Shown here: positions 1 to 15,780 of the stretch, in pieces
Layout: each line of letters begins with the position of its first letter
How positions within the stretch are numbered: position 1 is the stretch's first letter
Made by a program: the position numbers and the translations under genes
NCBI GenBank assembly: GCA_043228905.1
Contig: JBHGNT010000007.1
Span: 6,014,001-6,078,000 of the forward strand
Direction of reading: 5' to 3'
Length of the DNA stretch: 64,000 bases
Source: Azolla caroliniana
Lineage: Eukaryota > Plantae > Polypodiophyta
The notes under the pieces: generated by a model
The model's input: only the letters and a program-made list of their open reading frames with translations
The model's database searches: none
What the model was told of the DNA's origin: nothing

Positions 1-494
1 GGCAGCTTGGACACAAGACGCAATGTGTATTATCTCTATTCTAACTTCCATTTGGATGGTGGATTTATTGGGTTGAGAGTGAGAGTGAGTTAACCATAGG
101 GTGCTAGAGGCCACTGTCCAATATTCTTCTCCTCCTCCTTTGGCTATCCTCCTGAAATTCAATTATGTTGGAGTCTCCTCTTAGATTTCAATGCTCTATC
201 CCATAATCTTGTATCATCATTGTGGCAATTCTTGAGCTATTGAGGCTATAGTGTAATATTTGTAGTTGATGCACATTAACATAGCATGATCAAAGCGATT
301 TGACAACATCATGCAGCCTTGTACAAGTGAACATCTGCAATGTCTCCACCCAAAAACTCTCTACACCATAAAGGAGAGAAAAGTATCCGTGTGCAGAAGG
401 ATCAGTAATTTCAAACCTCAAATGTTTATCATCTGAATCTAGCTTTGATTTTATGATATTCATCAAAAGGTTCAGAATATAATTTTATTTGTTG

Positions 495-880
495 CATTGT
501 TGTAGAATATTTAGCATAAAATACACGTAGAATGTGTATGCTAAGTATTCTAACTTTTTTTAAATACTTAGAATACGTATTCTACAGATAAAATACATTA
601 AATGCGTAAATACTTAGAATACATGTACAATACTTTAAATACGTAGAGTACATGTAAAATATGTTAAATACTTCTTAAACTTTGAACTTTTTTTTCAAAA
701 AAATAAAATATTAAAATTTTAAAGCTTTTTTGAAACATCAAATACTTGCTAAATAAGTAGAATACGTAGAATGTGTGAAATTTTGAAAAATAACAGTTCT
801 AAAACATTGAATACGTGTAAAATATTTCAGAGTATTCTAAAACATATTCTAGACATAGAATATGCATTTTTTTAACTATG
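495..880. mobile_element. Non-autonomous hAT-like MITE in a RecQ intron
   Basis: 8-bp direct repeat ATTTGTTG on both sides (487-494 and 881-888). Imperfect TIRs CATTGTT...AACTATG. The interior has many AATACGTAGAATAC-like subterminal motifs. An 8-bp TSD is typical of hAT. Confidence 0.75.
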
Positions 881-991
881 ATTTGTTGTAAAATGTATAC
901 GTAGGAAAATAAAAAAGATCTTTCATAAACTGTTACTATGAACACTCAACAAAAGTTAAAGATCAATCAAAACAGTTCTTAAAATTTTCAC

Positions 992-4951
<3,960 letters not shown>

Positions 4952-5689
4952 GGCTTCCTTAGGTGGAAGGGGGGCAGAGCTAACAAAGAGCGTCATCAGA
5001 GCAGAGCATGGCTAGTTATATATATACTACATATGCTGTGGGGGGACCCAAGAGGTCTGCCCTAGCTACAGATAGCCAGGCCTTTCTTCAAATGGCCCGG
5101 GGGTCTCCCACAAGCCTGCGGAATGATGTGACTCGATCCACCTCCCCATGCATCACGCTCCACTCTTTCGTAACACGTCTCGCCTCTGGAGCCCTTCGTT
5201 ATTTTCAATATGACGTGCATATGAAGTAGTACCCAAGGTCTTTCCATGATTTGCTTCGAGTATGTCAAAGTTATGATCAACAATTGAAAGAAGTTGTTAT
5301 TCGGTGAAGCATATGGAGTATCGACGTCATATACCATAAACCCAAGCTATAATAATTGTGGATCGGTCATGAGCCAACAACCAACATACTTGCAATGTCC
5401 GATTCATCAGGTTCCCTCATATCATTATTCTAATTTTTGGAGTTATAATGATGTCTATGAAGGTGATTCCAGAGACAAAGAAGAAGAGGTGATGAATGTG
5501 GAGTTCCCCCATATAGTTCATGAGGACAACCATGATATAAAGAATGATGATGTGAAAGATGAATCCAAGGAGATTGTTATGAGATGCGATGTTATGGATG
5601 GTGATACCAATGTACATCATGTTGAGGACATTATTGATACAACAAGCGATATGGTGGTTGATGATGAATATGTGCAAAGATGAAATGGA

Positions 5690-6039
5690 AGCCGATGAGC
5701 GAGACGGATCAATGAGCCGGTGAGCTGGGGAGCCGGTTAGCCAGATCCATCAGTAACCGAAAGCCTAGTAGCATCTAGACTACTAGGGAGTTAATACTCT
5801 CGTAGTTAGTGTCAGACGCTCGAGTGAGCATTGAAGTACAACGTACTTCTATCAGTCCATATGGACTTGTATAAAAGTGTTTGCTGAACACATACTATGT
5901 ACAGAGTGTTGATATAATTTTTAAATAGTGATTCTTGTTCTGCTCTCTCTCTATCTCTCCCGCGTACTGTTAAGTTCTCCATTAAACCTGTTCTCTGTTT
6001 TCTGTTTTCTATTGCTTCCGCACGCTATTTGTTTTTCCA
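5690..6039 (+). repeat. 5' LTR of copia A (5'-truncated)
   Basis: Aligns to 20450-20798 and ends ...TTTTTCCA immediately before the PBS. Confidence 0.9.
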
Positions 6040-6132
6040 TGGTATCAGAGCGTGAGGGTTGAGAAGCTCTACAGTCGACATTCGCTTTCGCAAGAAGAAA
6101 ACCTAACCGTCGTAAAGAACAGGAAATGCAAA

Positions 6133-7631
6133 ATGGATAGAGGAATGGCTAGCTCGCTCCCCAGTGGAGAAGCTCGACAGAACCAACTATGCATCTTGGT
6201 CTTACAAGATGCACCAGTACCTGCTTGGGCATGGGTATTGGAGCTATGTTGATGGAGCTAACGACACAACACTTGATGTGACACACAAGGACTTCCCAGT
6301 GTGGGAACAATCGACAAGCAGAGTGATGTACTACTTTGCGTCCAGTGCCGGAGACCAGTTGCTGAGCCATATCCGAGATGCCAAGACGCCAAAAGAAGCT
6401 TTGGGAAACTTGAAGAAGGTTTTCGTCGCAAGCACAACGGCCAGGAAGGTGCAGCTCAGGCAGGAGCTCAGCAATGTCCGACAAAAAAATCTGTCTATGG
6501 CCGATTACACGGCCCGAATCAAGGAAATTTGTGATTCACTCGCCTCCGTCAATGTAAACGTCGAGGAGGACGAGATGGTGCAAGTGTGCCTTGGTGGGCT
6601 AGCGTCCAGGTTCAAAGCTTTCCGAACGGCAGTTTGTACGAGGGAGAATATGCCGTCTTTTTTCGACTTACAGTCGATGCTCCTTGTAGAGGAGAACCAC
6701 GCCGGTGCGTCAACAAGTGCACCCACCGACAGCCGAATGTTGTACACGGAGGCGGATCGGCCCCGTGGGCGTGGTGAACGAGGCGGGTCGGCACGCAATG
6801 GAGGCGGCCGGCAAGGGCAAGACCAACGGCACAGAGACCGTGTCGACAGCAGTTTTGGGACCTCCACAACCAGGGGGAGTCAAGGCGGTGCCAGAAGCCG
6901 GCAAGAAAAATCCGCCACAGAATGCTGGTACTGTGGTAAAAAGGGCCACAAAGAAAGCGAGTGCTAGAAGAAGCGCGCTGATTTGGACAGATCCGGATCC
7001 GGCAAAACTGGTCGGGAGAACCGACAATACTCGCACTACGCAGAAGGATCGGGAGGATCGGGAACCGGAAAAGTTGGTAAGGGGCCAACCTTGGTGATGA
7101 AGCACGAGGCTAACTTGATGAAGAAGACCACTTCCAAATCGGAGGAAGTGTGGTACGTTGATTCCGGTGCGTCAAATCACATGACGAACCACAAAGAGTG
7201 GTTCTCCTTCCTGGAGAAACCGGAACAACCGGAAGTTGTCGAAACTAGAGACGACAATCCTCACCCAATCGTGCATGTCAGAGAAGTTCCCCTGAGCCAC
7301 GTCGGACAGAGGGGGAAGCTGATGAACGTATTACACGTTTCGACTATCACAAACCTGGTGTCGGTCGGACAGATCGTCGACCAGGGAACGCAGGTGCGGT
7401 TTACGCAACTCGGGTGCTTCATCGAGGAGGAGGGCCAGATTATCGCGCAAGGGCGCAGAGATGGGAGGATGTTCATCCTCGACACCAATGATGTTGGCAC
7501 TGCCTTGTTCACCAAAGGACAGAAGGTCGAATCAGACATCGACCTGTGGCACAAGCGGATCGGCCACGTCAATTACCGAAGGCTTCAAGACCTGCAGACG
7601 AAACAAGTTGTTTTCGGTTTGCCAAAGTTCA
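6133..7631 (+). pseudogene. copia A gag-protease-GAG-pre-integrase, first part of polyprotein
   Basis: ORFs 6164-6967 and 6983-7693 are separated by an in-frame TAG. Cut at GLPKF| by copia B; reading resumes with SGRKAQVCEDCQLGKQHR at 16968. Confidence 0.9.
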
Positions 7632-8255
7632 TGTTAGGAAATAGGTCCCTTCGGATGGGAAGTGAGAAGAACAGTGTTGGTTGTTATGAGTAACTCGGCC
7701 GAGGCCGAAACTGGATGTGGAGTACCCAGCAACAGAAGACCCGGTAAGAACCGGATGTGGAGTACCCGGCAATGGAAGACCCGGTGAGAACTGGATGTTG
7801 TAGGCCCGGTGAGAACCTCTCACCGGATGAAGGGACATATATGTAAATATGTTCCAGAGAGTCCACTAGGGCTATATTTTGTAAATAGCCGAAAGTCATA
7901 TTAGTATAAATATGACCTAGGGCAAACTCTGTTGTGTTACATTGTTTTTTGTGTGTGTAACGACTGTACAGAGAGAGGACGAGAGAGGAAGAGGTTGTTG
8001 CCTTTGTTGTAACCGCCTGGTGGCGAAGCGAGGGAGCAAGAGGTCATTGCCTCTGTGCCCCATTGTTGTAATCTTGATATAGTGATATTTTGCAGTCTGA
8101 GGGCTGCCGTGGTTTTTCCCATAATTGGGTTTTCCACGTTAACCTTCGGTGCACTCTCTTCTTTACTGTTTCGGTTGTAGATACATCTCTCCACATCCCT
8201 GTTTTCTGTGATTGATCCGATGTCTCGGTTGTGGCCGGGGAGCGTATTTCTATCA
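7632..8255 (+). repeat. 5' LTR of copia B, with internal ~40-bp tandem repeat (7710-7830)
   Basis: TG..CA ends and PBS follows. The unit CTGGATGTGGAGTACCCRGCAAYRGAAGACCCGGTRAGAA occurs about 2.5 times. Confidence 0.9.
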
Positions 8256-11200
8256 AATTGGTATCAGAGCGAAAACGACACAGAAAAATGGACGATTCGA
8301 TGGGAGGCATGTTCAAGCTCACCGGCTCCAACTATTCAGTGTGGAAGTCGAAGATGAGGGACATGCTCGTGGTTAAAGATCTTTAGTTTCCGGTTCAGTT
8401 CGGGGACAAGAGACCGGACAAAATCGATGCCACGATATGGGAGGTGATGCACATGAAGACAACGACGTACATACGGTGCTTCATCGACATGAGTCTATAC
8501 AACAACTTCAATGAAGAGAGCAAGGCTCATGAGCTCTGCGAGAAGATCGACATTATGTTTCAGAACAAAAATGTTGTTAATCAGGTTTCGGTATTTCGGA
8601 AGCTAGTAAGACTCCGGTACCAAGATGGCTCCAGCATGGCGAAGCACATGAATGCCTTCCAAAGGCCGATCCACCAGGCAATATCATTGGAAGTACCTCT
8701 CGCCAATGAGGTACTGGCACTACTCCTGCTCGGTTCCCTCCCAGATAGCTGGGAGACGTTGGTTGTCACTTTGGGCAACGCCGGGCCGGAAGGGAAACGG
8801 TATCCCTAGCAAGAGTGAAGTCGAGCTTGCTAGATGAGGAGGCGCGTCGGAAAGACAAGGATACGAACTCCGACTCCAAAGCGCTCATTACCAAATCGGA
8901 ACGCGGAAGACAAAGGAACCGTAGTCCCCAGAACCGGGAGAAGTCGAGGACACGATCAAAGTCAAGGGGGAGGCCTACCTGCTTCTATTGCGGCAAGCCG
9001 AGACACTTCCAGAAGAACTGTCGGCACTTCCGAAAAGACAAGGAAACCGATGGTACCGATTCGAAGTGGACACCGGATCAAAGGGGAACGGACCGGAAGG
9101 GAACGACGGCAATCGCGGCAAGTGAAGAAGAGTTGATGCTCATTACCGAGGAGAGTGAGCTAAACCTTGCCGGCGACGAGATGACCTAGGTGGTCGACTC
9201 CTGAGCGTTGTTCCACCTTACCTCGGACCGGAAATGCTTCAAATCCTACTCAGCCGGTGATTACGGCTGTGACTGGATGGGGAATGAAGGTACATGCCGA
9301 ATTGTTGGCATAGGAGACATGTGGTTGACAACACCAACCGGATGCAAGTTGCTGCTGAAGGATGTCCGACACGTTCCGGAGGTTCGTCTGAACCTGATAT
9401 CAGCCGGTTGGCTAGATGATGAAGGCTACACGGGTAGCATCCGGAACGGTGTTATGAAGTTCAACAAAGGGAGCCTGATTGTGGCTCGGGCCCGTAAGGT
9501 CAACACGTTGTACCTAATGAATGCCCGGTTATGCCCGGAAGAAGTGAACGTGGCTTCCGACATTGCCGGTGAGGTGTGGCACAAGAGGCTGTGTCACATG
9601 AGCGAGAAGGGGATGAAGAGGCTTGTAGACGACAACCTCATTCCAGTGAAGAACGTGCACTTGGAGAAGTGCACTGATTGTCTAGCCGGTAAACAAAACC
9701 GGACCTCCTTCCGATCGAGGCGACCGATGAGACGTAATGCACCACTGGAGTTGGTGCATACTGATGTGTGTCAAGTGGACACGAAGTCACACGCCGGATC
9801 GCAGTACTTCGTGACGTTCATAGATGACCATAGCCGGAAGCTGTGGGCCACACCGTTGAAGACGAAGGATCAGGTGCTATCCGTCTTCAAAGAGCTCCAC
9901 GCGAGAGTGGAAAGAGAAATCGATCGGAAGCTGAAGGCGGTTCGAGCAGATAACGGAGGTGAATACCAGGGGCAGTTCGAGGAGTATTGTCGCTCGAAGG
10001 GAATCCGGCTCGAATTTACCGTGCCAAAGACGCCAGAACTAAACGGGTTGGTCGAGAGGATGAACCGGACCATAATGTAGAGGGTCCGGAGTATGCTAGC
10101 GAATGCAAAATTACCTAAGACGTTTTGGGCTGAGGCGCTGTCGACAATGATGTATGTGATAAACAGATCACCCTCAGTGCCCTTGGATGGAGACACACCG
10201 CAGAAGGTGTGGACCGGTAAGGAAGTGTCCTACCAACATCTGAAGGTGTTCGGGTGTCTCACGTACGTGAATGTTGCTAAGGACCGGAGAGGAAAGTTGG
10301 ATCCAAAGACCCAGCCATGCATATTCCTTGGATACGACGATGATGAGTTCGGCTACCGAGTGTGGGATCCGGTTGACAAGAAGGCTTTCCGGAGCCGAGA
10401 TATTATCTTCATGGAGGACAAGACTCTTGCCGACGGGGAGTCGGAGAAGAAGATAATGAACTCCAATGAGATTCGGACACACCCAGCTAAGAGCCAGTTG
10501 ACACTTGAGGAACCAGCCGGTTACGGTGAGGATACCGAACCGGCAAAAGAAGAAGTAGAGGAAGCTGAAATTGGAACTGGCCAAGACCCCGAATCGGATT
10601 CGGATGAAGAACAAATAGTGGAGCCGGTTGCCGAAGGCCAAAGACAGAGATATCCTCTCAGAGAGAGAAGGGCCCCCCGAAGATTTCCGGATGCAGAGCA
10701 TGTGTTACTAACCGATGAGGGAGAGCCGGAAAGCTTTGAAGAAGCGAAGGATGACACCCACAGCTGCAAATGGTTAAGTGCCATGCAGGATGAGATGGAT
10801 TCCCTGCATGAGAACCATACGTACGAATTGGTGGAGTTGCCGAAAGAAAAGCGGGCACTCCGAAATAAGTGGGTGTACAAGTTGAAACCGGGAGATGCCG
10901 GCAAACCCTCGAGATACAAAGCCAGGATCGTGGTGAAGGGGTTCCAGCAGAAGAAGGGTGTGGACTTCGACGAGATATTTGCCCCGATAGTAAAGATGAC
11001 TTCCATCCGAACGGTGCTGAGCATAGCGGCAAGCATGGACCTCGAGGTAGAGCAGCTGGACGTGAAGACGACATTCCTTCACGGTGACCTCGAAGAGGAG
11101 ATCTACATGCAACAACTGGAAGGATTTGTGGAGAAAGGGAAGCAGCACCTGGTTTGTCGGTTGAAGAAGAGCCTATACGGACTGAAGCAGGCTCCCCGAC

Positions 11201-11492
11201 AATGGTACCGGAAGTTTGACTCCTTCATGACCGACCAAGGGTATCACAAAACGCAAACCGATCATTGCGTGTTTGTAAAGAAGTTTGAAGAAGGCGACTT
11301 CCTGATACTCCTTCTGTACGTGGACAACATGTTGATCGTCGGACGGGACCAAGCCAAAATATGGATGTTGAAGAAGGCTCTGAACCGAACTTTCTCAATG
11401 AAAGACTCGGGCCCAACAAGATAGATACTAGGGATGCACATCATCCGGGACCGGTCAAAGAAGCAATTGTGGTTGTCACAGGAGAAATACGT

Positions 11493-12168
11493 TGTCGCGT
11501 TGTTACGCGCGTGCGTGGAGAAGGGCGGAACCACGGGGGTCTTGGACTAAGGAGAAGGGGAGAAGGAATAGGACTTCGGAATGGAGCTTAGCACAAGAAG
11601 AGAAAGAATGAACAAGAGGAAGATGGAGGCCAAATGCTCAACAAGATATATTAGAACCGAAAACCGATTACAAAATGGCGGCCGCGTAGGCCGCTCCAAA
11701 CGACTATGATAAACCCGAAACCCTAATCCGACGAAGAAGAAAAGAAACCCTAAACCTAACGCTCGTCCTATGTGGTATACCTTTCGCACTCAAAAATAGG
11801 CAACCCCCACAATGGTGCTCTTCCTCTCCTTTTATAGCACAAGGAGAGAAGACCGTTTACAAAAGGGTGTTACAAAATATCCCCTTTCAATCAATGGGGA
11901 TATTTCCCTTGATTTTAGGGGAGGTGGGAAGGATGGGTCTTAACTCCCACCTCTACACGAACTACTATGTACCTATCTCTCTCTCTCACGTGGATGTGCG
12001 CGGAAAAGCACATCACCTTTACACTTTACAAATCCTAAGGTGCATTTCTAGCACCATACTTATCACTATCGATAAATAGAAATACAACATGTTGATGTGC
12101 AACGTTGCACATCGCGGGTTTGCTTGCTTCGCTCGGGTTTCCGCCTACGGACGAAAATCTTCACGACA
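11493..12168 (-). repeat. 3' LTR of element C
   Basis: Near-identical direct repeat of 15781-16456. Confidence 0.97.
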
Positions 12169-15100
12169 TCCGCCCCCACCTAACCGCACATCCACCGGTA
12201 TGTGCCAAAAGGGGGCAAAACGCGAGATTTTCGGCCGAGGCGGCCAACCGAGCCCTTGGCAACCTCGTGGGCTTGCCCGGCTTCGTCTTCCACTTCGAGC
12301 AAGTCCACCCCGTCCACACAAACCACCGTCGCCTTCCGGCCCACCATCTTCGTCGAATGGTCTCGAACCGTCGGCTCCATCCGATCCGCCACACTCGACG
12401 ATGCTCGCCGAGTCGTTGCCTCCACCTGATCCGCCACGTCCACCGTGTTTCCTCGAACCACCGACTACACTCGGACCGCCATATCGATGCCCGCGCTTTC
12501 CTCCCCGTTCGGTCCTCCCGAACGCCGTTGCCGACCCTTTGTCCGCCTCGCATATCCTCCGGATCCGCCTTTTTCGTGCCGCGCACCTCGTCGTGCCGAC
12601 TCTTCTCGCTCCGCGCTTGCCTTCCGTAGGCTTTCCCCGTACGTCGGTGTTGTCCTCCGAATGCGTGCTCGTGCTTCGGTCCTTCGATGACCCCATCACG
12701 CATTTTTCGCCTTCCCTTTGCTTGCCGTGCTCTCTCGCCGTAGAGCATACCATCGTTCCCGTGCTCGTTGCTTGGCCCTCATGCGGCCGCATTGCACGTT
12801 TCGCATTCCGCTCCTCTTCGCGTACCCTTTCGGAAAGGTACCTTTCTTCCCCGACCTCCGTTTCGCTTGGAGGAACACCCTCTTGGCCCGCTCGACCGCA
12901 CACATCCTTCGTGATGTCGTGTTCGTTCTTTTGGGCGCATACATCTTCGTTCTCCGTGACCTCCCGTATGCCTCTCTCGGTGCCTTCATCCGTTGTGGCC
13001 TTCGTCCCCTCGCCGCCACCGTCCGCCACTCTTGGTCTCACGTCGGCATTCGCGCCGACCGCCGGAGTCTCTATAGCCGGTGTGGAGGATCCCTCTCGGG
13101 CCTTATCTTCGTGGCCGCCGGTCTTAGCCTCTCTGTAGGCCACCTCTTCCCACCAATCTTCCCTAGCATCGTGCCAGGTCTCGTCGTCGCCGCCTTCCTC
13201 TTCGTGTTCGCCTCTCGAAGGCGTGATCCGACCGTCATCTTCGGTCGCTCGATGTGGCTCCTTCGTAGGCATGCTTGTGTCTTGGCCCTCCATCGGCCGT
13301 ATTGCATGCATCTCGTCTCGCTCTTCCGCCGTAGACCCGACCTCCGTGTCGGTCTTCTCCTCCTTTGTCGCCGTAGCCCGTTCCGACACGGGCTCGCCGT
13401 CTTGGACCCACCCGTCCACCATCTCGTACCGGATATCCATTCCGGTAACCTCGTACGCTCCGGCCTCCGACTCCTTGCCGCCACCCGCCGTCTCTCCGGT
13501 CTTATGTTGATCCGCAACTGCCGTAGTCTCTAGAGTGGGTATGGAGGGTCTCGTTTGTTTCCGTTTTTCCCCCGAACCATGGTCGTCGTGCCCGGTTAGC
13601 CTCCATCTCGCGCTTACCGGCTCCCATTGTAACCGTAACCGTAACCGTAACCGGCCAATCGGTCTTGCCGGCTTCCTTCGGTTTGGGCCCGGTTCGCCGG
13701 CCCTTACTCTCTTCTTCTTCCGTGCCGTATTCCGGTCGGGTCGGTTCCCGACTCTCTCCTCGTTTCCGCTCCGGTCCTCTCCGTCGGACCCACCGTATAC
13801 GCCCATTCCGGGCCCCGCATACTCGTCTTCGTATGCGCTCTCTCCGGGCCTCACCTCCTCACGGTCACCGCCCATCTCTCCGGTCTCACGTTGGCATTCG
13901 AGCACAACCGCCGAAGTCTCCGGCCCCGGTGTCAAGGGGTCTTGCCTCCGTCCGCTCCAATCTTCCTTCTCGTTTCCGTTGCCCGCCTTGCCGCCGTCAC
14001 CTCCCGTCGCACTAAGCCTCATGCCGGCACTCGGGCCAGCCATTGGAGTCTCTAGGATTGGTGTGGGTAAGGACCCGGCACCGCCGCTTGTTGTCTCCGT
14101 AGCCGCTTTCGTTCGGACGTCGTTGTCCGCGGCTCCCCCATCTCCGATTCCGTAAGCCTCTAGTATGCTTGCCACCACCTCTTCTTCGCCGTTCTCCGCT
14201 TCATTTTGTTTGCCCGCCTTGCCGCCACCACCGCCCGTCGTTCTAGGTCTCGTGCCGGCACTCAGGCCGACCGCTGAAGCCTCTAGGGCCGGTGTGTGGA
14301 AGGTCGCGGCACCACCGCTCGCCTCCTCTCCGCTCGATGTTTTGGGCCGCCGTGCCCCGAATCTTCCGCCCACTTTCGAAGTGGCGCTCTCCGCTTTGTA
14401 GTCACCGGCCTCATCCTTGGCCGTCCATTCGCCGCAAGACGAGAGGGTTGCTCGCTCCGCACCCTCTCCTATGTCGTCGTCGTTTCGGTTGCCCGCCTTG
14501 CCGCCGCCACCGTCCGTCACTCTAGGCCTCTCGCCGGCTCTCGGGCCGGGTGCCGGAGTCTCTAGGACCGGTGTGTGGAAGGTCGCGACACCACCACTCC
14601 TCTCGTCCGTAGCCATCTCCATTCGGACATCGTCGTCCGTGGCTACCCCGTCTTCGGTTTCGCAAGCATCGAGTATGCTTGCCGCCGCCTCTTCTTCGCC
14701 GGTCTCGTCCTTATCTCGGTTGTCCGCCTTGCCGCCGCCACCGTCCGTAGCTCTAGGTCTCGTGCCGGCACTCGGGCCGACCGCCGAAGCCTCTAGGGCC
14801 GGTGTGTGGAAGGTCGCGACACCGACGCTCGTCTCCTCCCGACTCGATGTTTCGGGCCACCGTGTCCCGAAACCGTAGTTACCGGCCTCCATGGCCGTCG
14901 CTTCACCGCAAGGCAAGAGGGTCGCTTGCTCCGCACCCTCTCCCATGTCACCGTCGTACGCTCTTCCGGCCTCGATTTTCGCCGTCACGATCTCGCACGC
15001 CTCCCATACCAACGCCTCGAAGTCGTACTCCTCCGGTTGGTCGTGCATCGAGCTCTCTTCCGGCGGTGGTGTGTAGCCGCCCACCGCCCTCTCTTCTCCG

Positions 15101-15738
15101 CCGCTCGCGGGTCGTGTTGTGGCCGACCACCTCTTATCATGTTGTCGGCACACCCGTTCTACTTCGGGCCACTCCTCGGTGAGACCATGCGCCCCATAAT
15201 CGTCTTGAAGCTCGATCATGATGTCCATCCTCTCCTCATGATGGACCGTCTTCAAAAATAGGAGGACTTTGTCCGCCCCCACCGATCTTCGTTCCCACTC
15301 CGAGAGTTGAGAGAAACGACGCTCGAACTCTCGGAATGCCTCTATCGCGCTCCGATGGCGCCTCGCCGACGCCACCCACCGATCGAACTCTCGCCGACCT
15401 CTTACCTCCGATTCCGCGCACCCGTATGCCTCCATTAGAGCCCCTTCAAAGGACTCCCACGATTCGTGAGCTTCTTGGAGCTCCTTGACCTCCTCGTACT
15501 TTGATGCGGCCGCCGCTCGACGAAAGAACTCTAGCCTCGTCGCTTCGTCCACGCCCATCCCCGTCATTTCCGCATCGTAGGCTCTCAAAAATTTTGGGAC
15601 CTCCTTCCCATCGAACCGGCCGACTAGACGGACCACCCTTTCGACCGCTTGTTGAGCCGCCTCTCGCCTCGCCCTCTTCCGTCCGGCGTCCATCAAGATC
15701 TTTGTCATCATCTCCTCGAAGTCGAAGCCTTCTTCCAT
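12145..15738 (-). CDS. 1197-aa Gag-like protein with long acidic, Gly/Ala/Thr-rich repetitive extension
   Basis: Uninterrupted ORF starting about 20 nt after the PBS. N-terminus (GRFDGKEVPKFLRAYDAEM..SWESFEGALMEAY) resembles a Ty3/gypsy capsid. No protease, RT, RNase H or integrase motifs seen. The stop lies 24 nt inside the 3' LTR. Confidence 0.75.
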   Translation of the reverse strand: MEEGFDFEEMMTKILMDAGRKRARREAAQQAVERVVRLVGRFDGKEVPKFLRAYDAEMTGMGVDEATRLEFFRRAAAASKYEEVKELQEAHESWESFEGALMEAYGCAESEVRGRREFDRWVASARRHRSAIEAFREFERRFSQLSEWERRSVGADKVLLFLKTVHHEERMDIMIELQDDYGAHGLTEEWPEVERVCRQHDKRWSATTRPASGGEERAVGGYTPPPEESSMHDQPEEYDFEALVWEACEIVTAKIEAGRAYDGDMGEGAEQATLLPCGEATAMEAGNYGFGTRWPETSSREETSVGVATFHTPALEASAVGPSAGTRPRATDGGGGKADNRDKDETGEEEAAASILDACETEDGVATDDDVRMEMATDERSGGVATFHTPVLETPAPGPRAGERPRVTDGGGGKAGNRNDDDIGEGAERATLSSCGEWTAKDEAGDYKAESATSKVGGRFGARRPKTSSGEEASGGAATFHTPALEASAVGLSAGTRPRTTGGGGGKAGKQNEAENGEEEVVASILEAYGIGDGGAADNDVRTKAATETTSGGAGSLPTPILETPMAGPSAGMRLSATGGDGGKAGNGNEKEDWSGRRQDPLTPGPETSAVVLECQRETGEMGGDREEVRPGESAYEDEYAGPGMGVYGGSDGEDRSGNEERVGNRPDRNTARKKKRVRAGEPGPNRRKPARPIGRLRLRLRLQWEPVSARWRLTGHDDHGSGEKRKQTRPSIPTLETTAVADQHKTGETAGGGKESEAGAYEVTGMDIRYEMVDGWVQDGEPVSERATATKEEKTDTEVGSTAEERDEMHAIRPMEGQDTSMPTKEPHRATEDDGRITPSRGEHEEEGGDDETWHDAREDWWEEVAYREAKTGGHEDKAREGSSTPAIETPAVGANADVRPRVADGGGEGTKATTDEGTERGIREVTENEDVCAQKNEHDITKDVCGRAGQEGVPPSETEVGEERYLSERVREEERNAKRAMRPHEGQATSTGTMVCSTAREHGKQREGEKCVMGSSKDRSTSTHSEDNTDVRGKPTEGKRGARRVGTTRCAARKRRIRRICEADKGSATAFGRTERGGKRGHRYGGPSVVGGSRKHGGRGGSGGGNDSASIVECGGSDGADGSRPFDEDGGPEGDGGLCGRGGLARSGRRSRASPRGCQGLGWPPRPKISRFAPFWHIPVDVRLGGGGCREDFRP

Positions 15739-15758
15739 CTCTTTCTCCCTTGCCGCCC

Positions 15759-15776
15759 TTCACGTCGGGTTCACCA
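15759..15776 (-). other. Primer-binding site complementary to the 3' end of plant cytosolic tRNA-Trp
   Basis: Minus strand TGGTGAACCCGACGTGAA is the complement of UUCACGUCGGGUUCACCA (tRNA sequence recalled). Lies 4 nt from the LTR end. An identical 18-mer occurs at 63851-63868. Confidence 0.85.
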
Positions 15777-15780
15777 AAGA

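Noticed and set aside
5294-5683. 129-aa acidic ORF upstream of copia A
   Set aside because: No ATG-supported gene model or domain. It is probably part of an older element into which copia A inserted.
15759-15776. tRNA-Trp gene
   Set aside because: Only the 18-nt 3' end including CCA is present next to an LTR, so it is a PBS. The same applies at 63851-63868.
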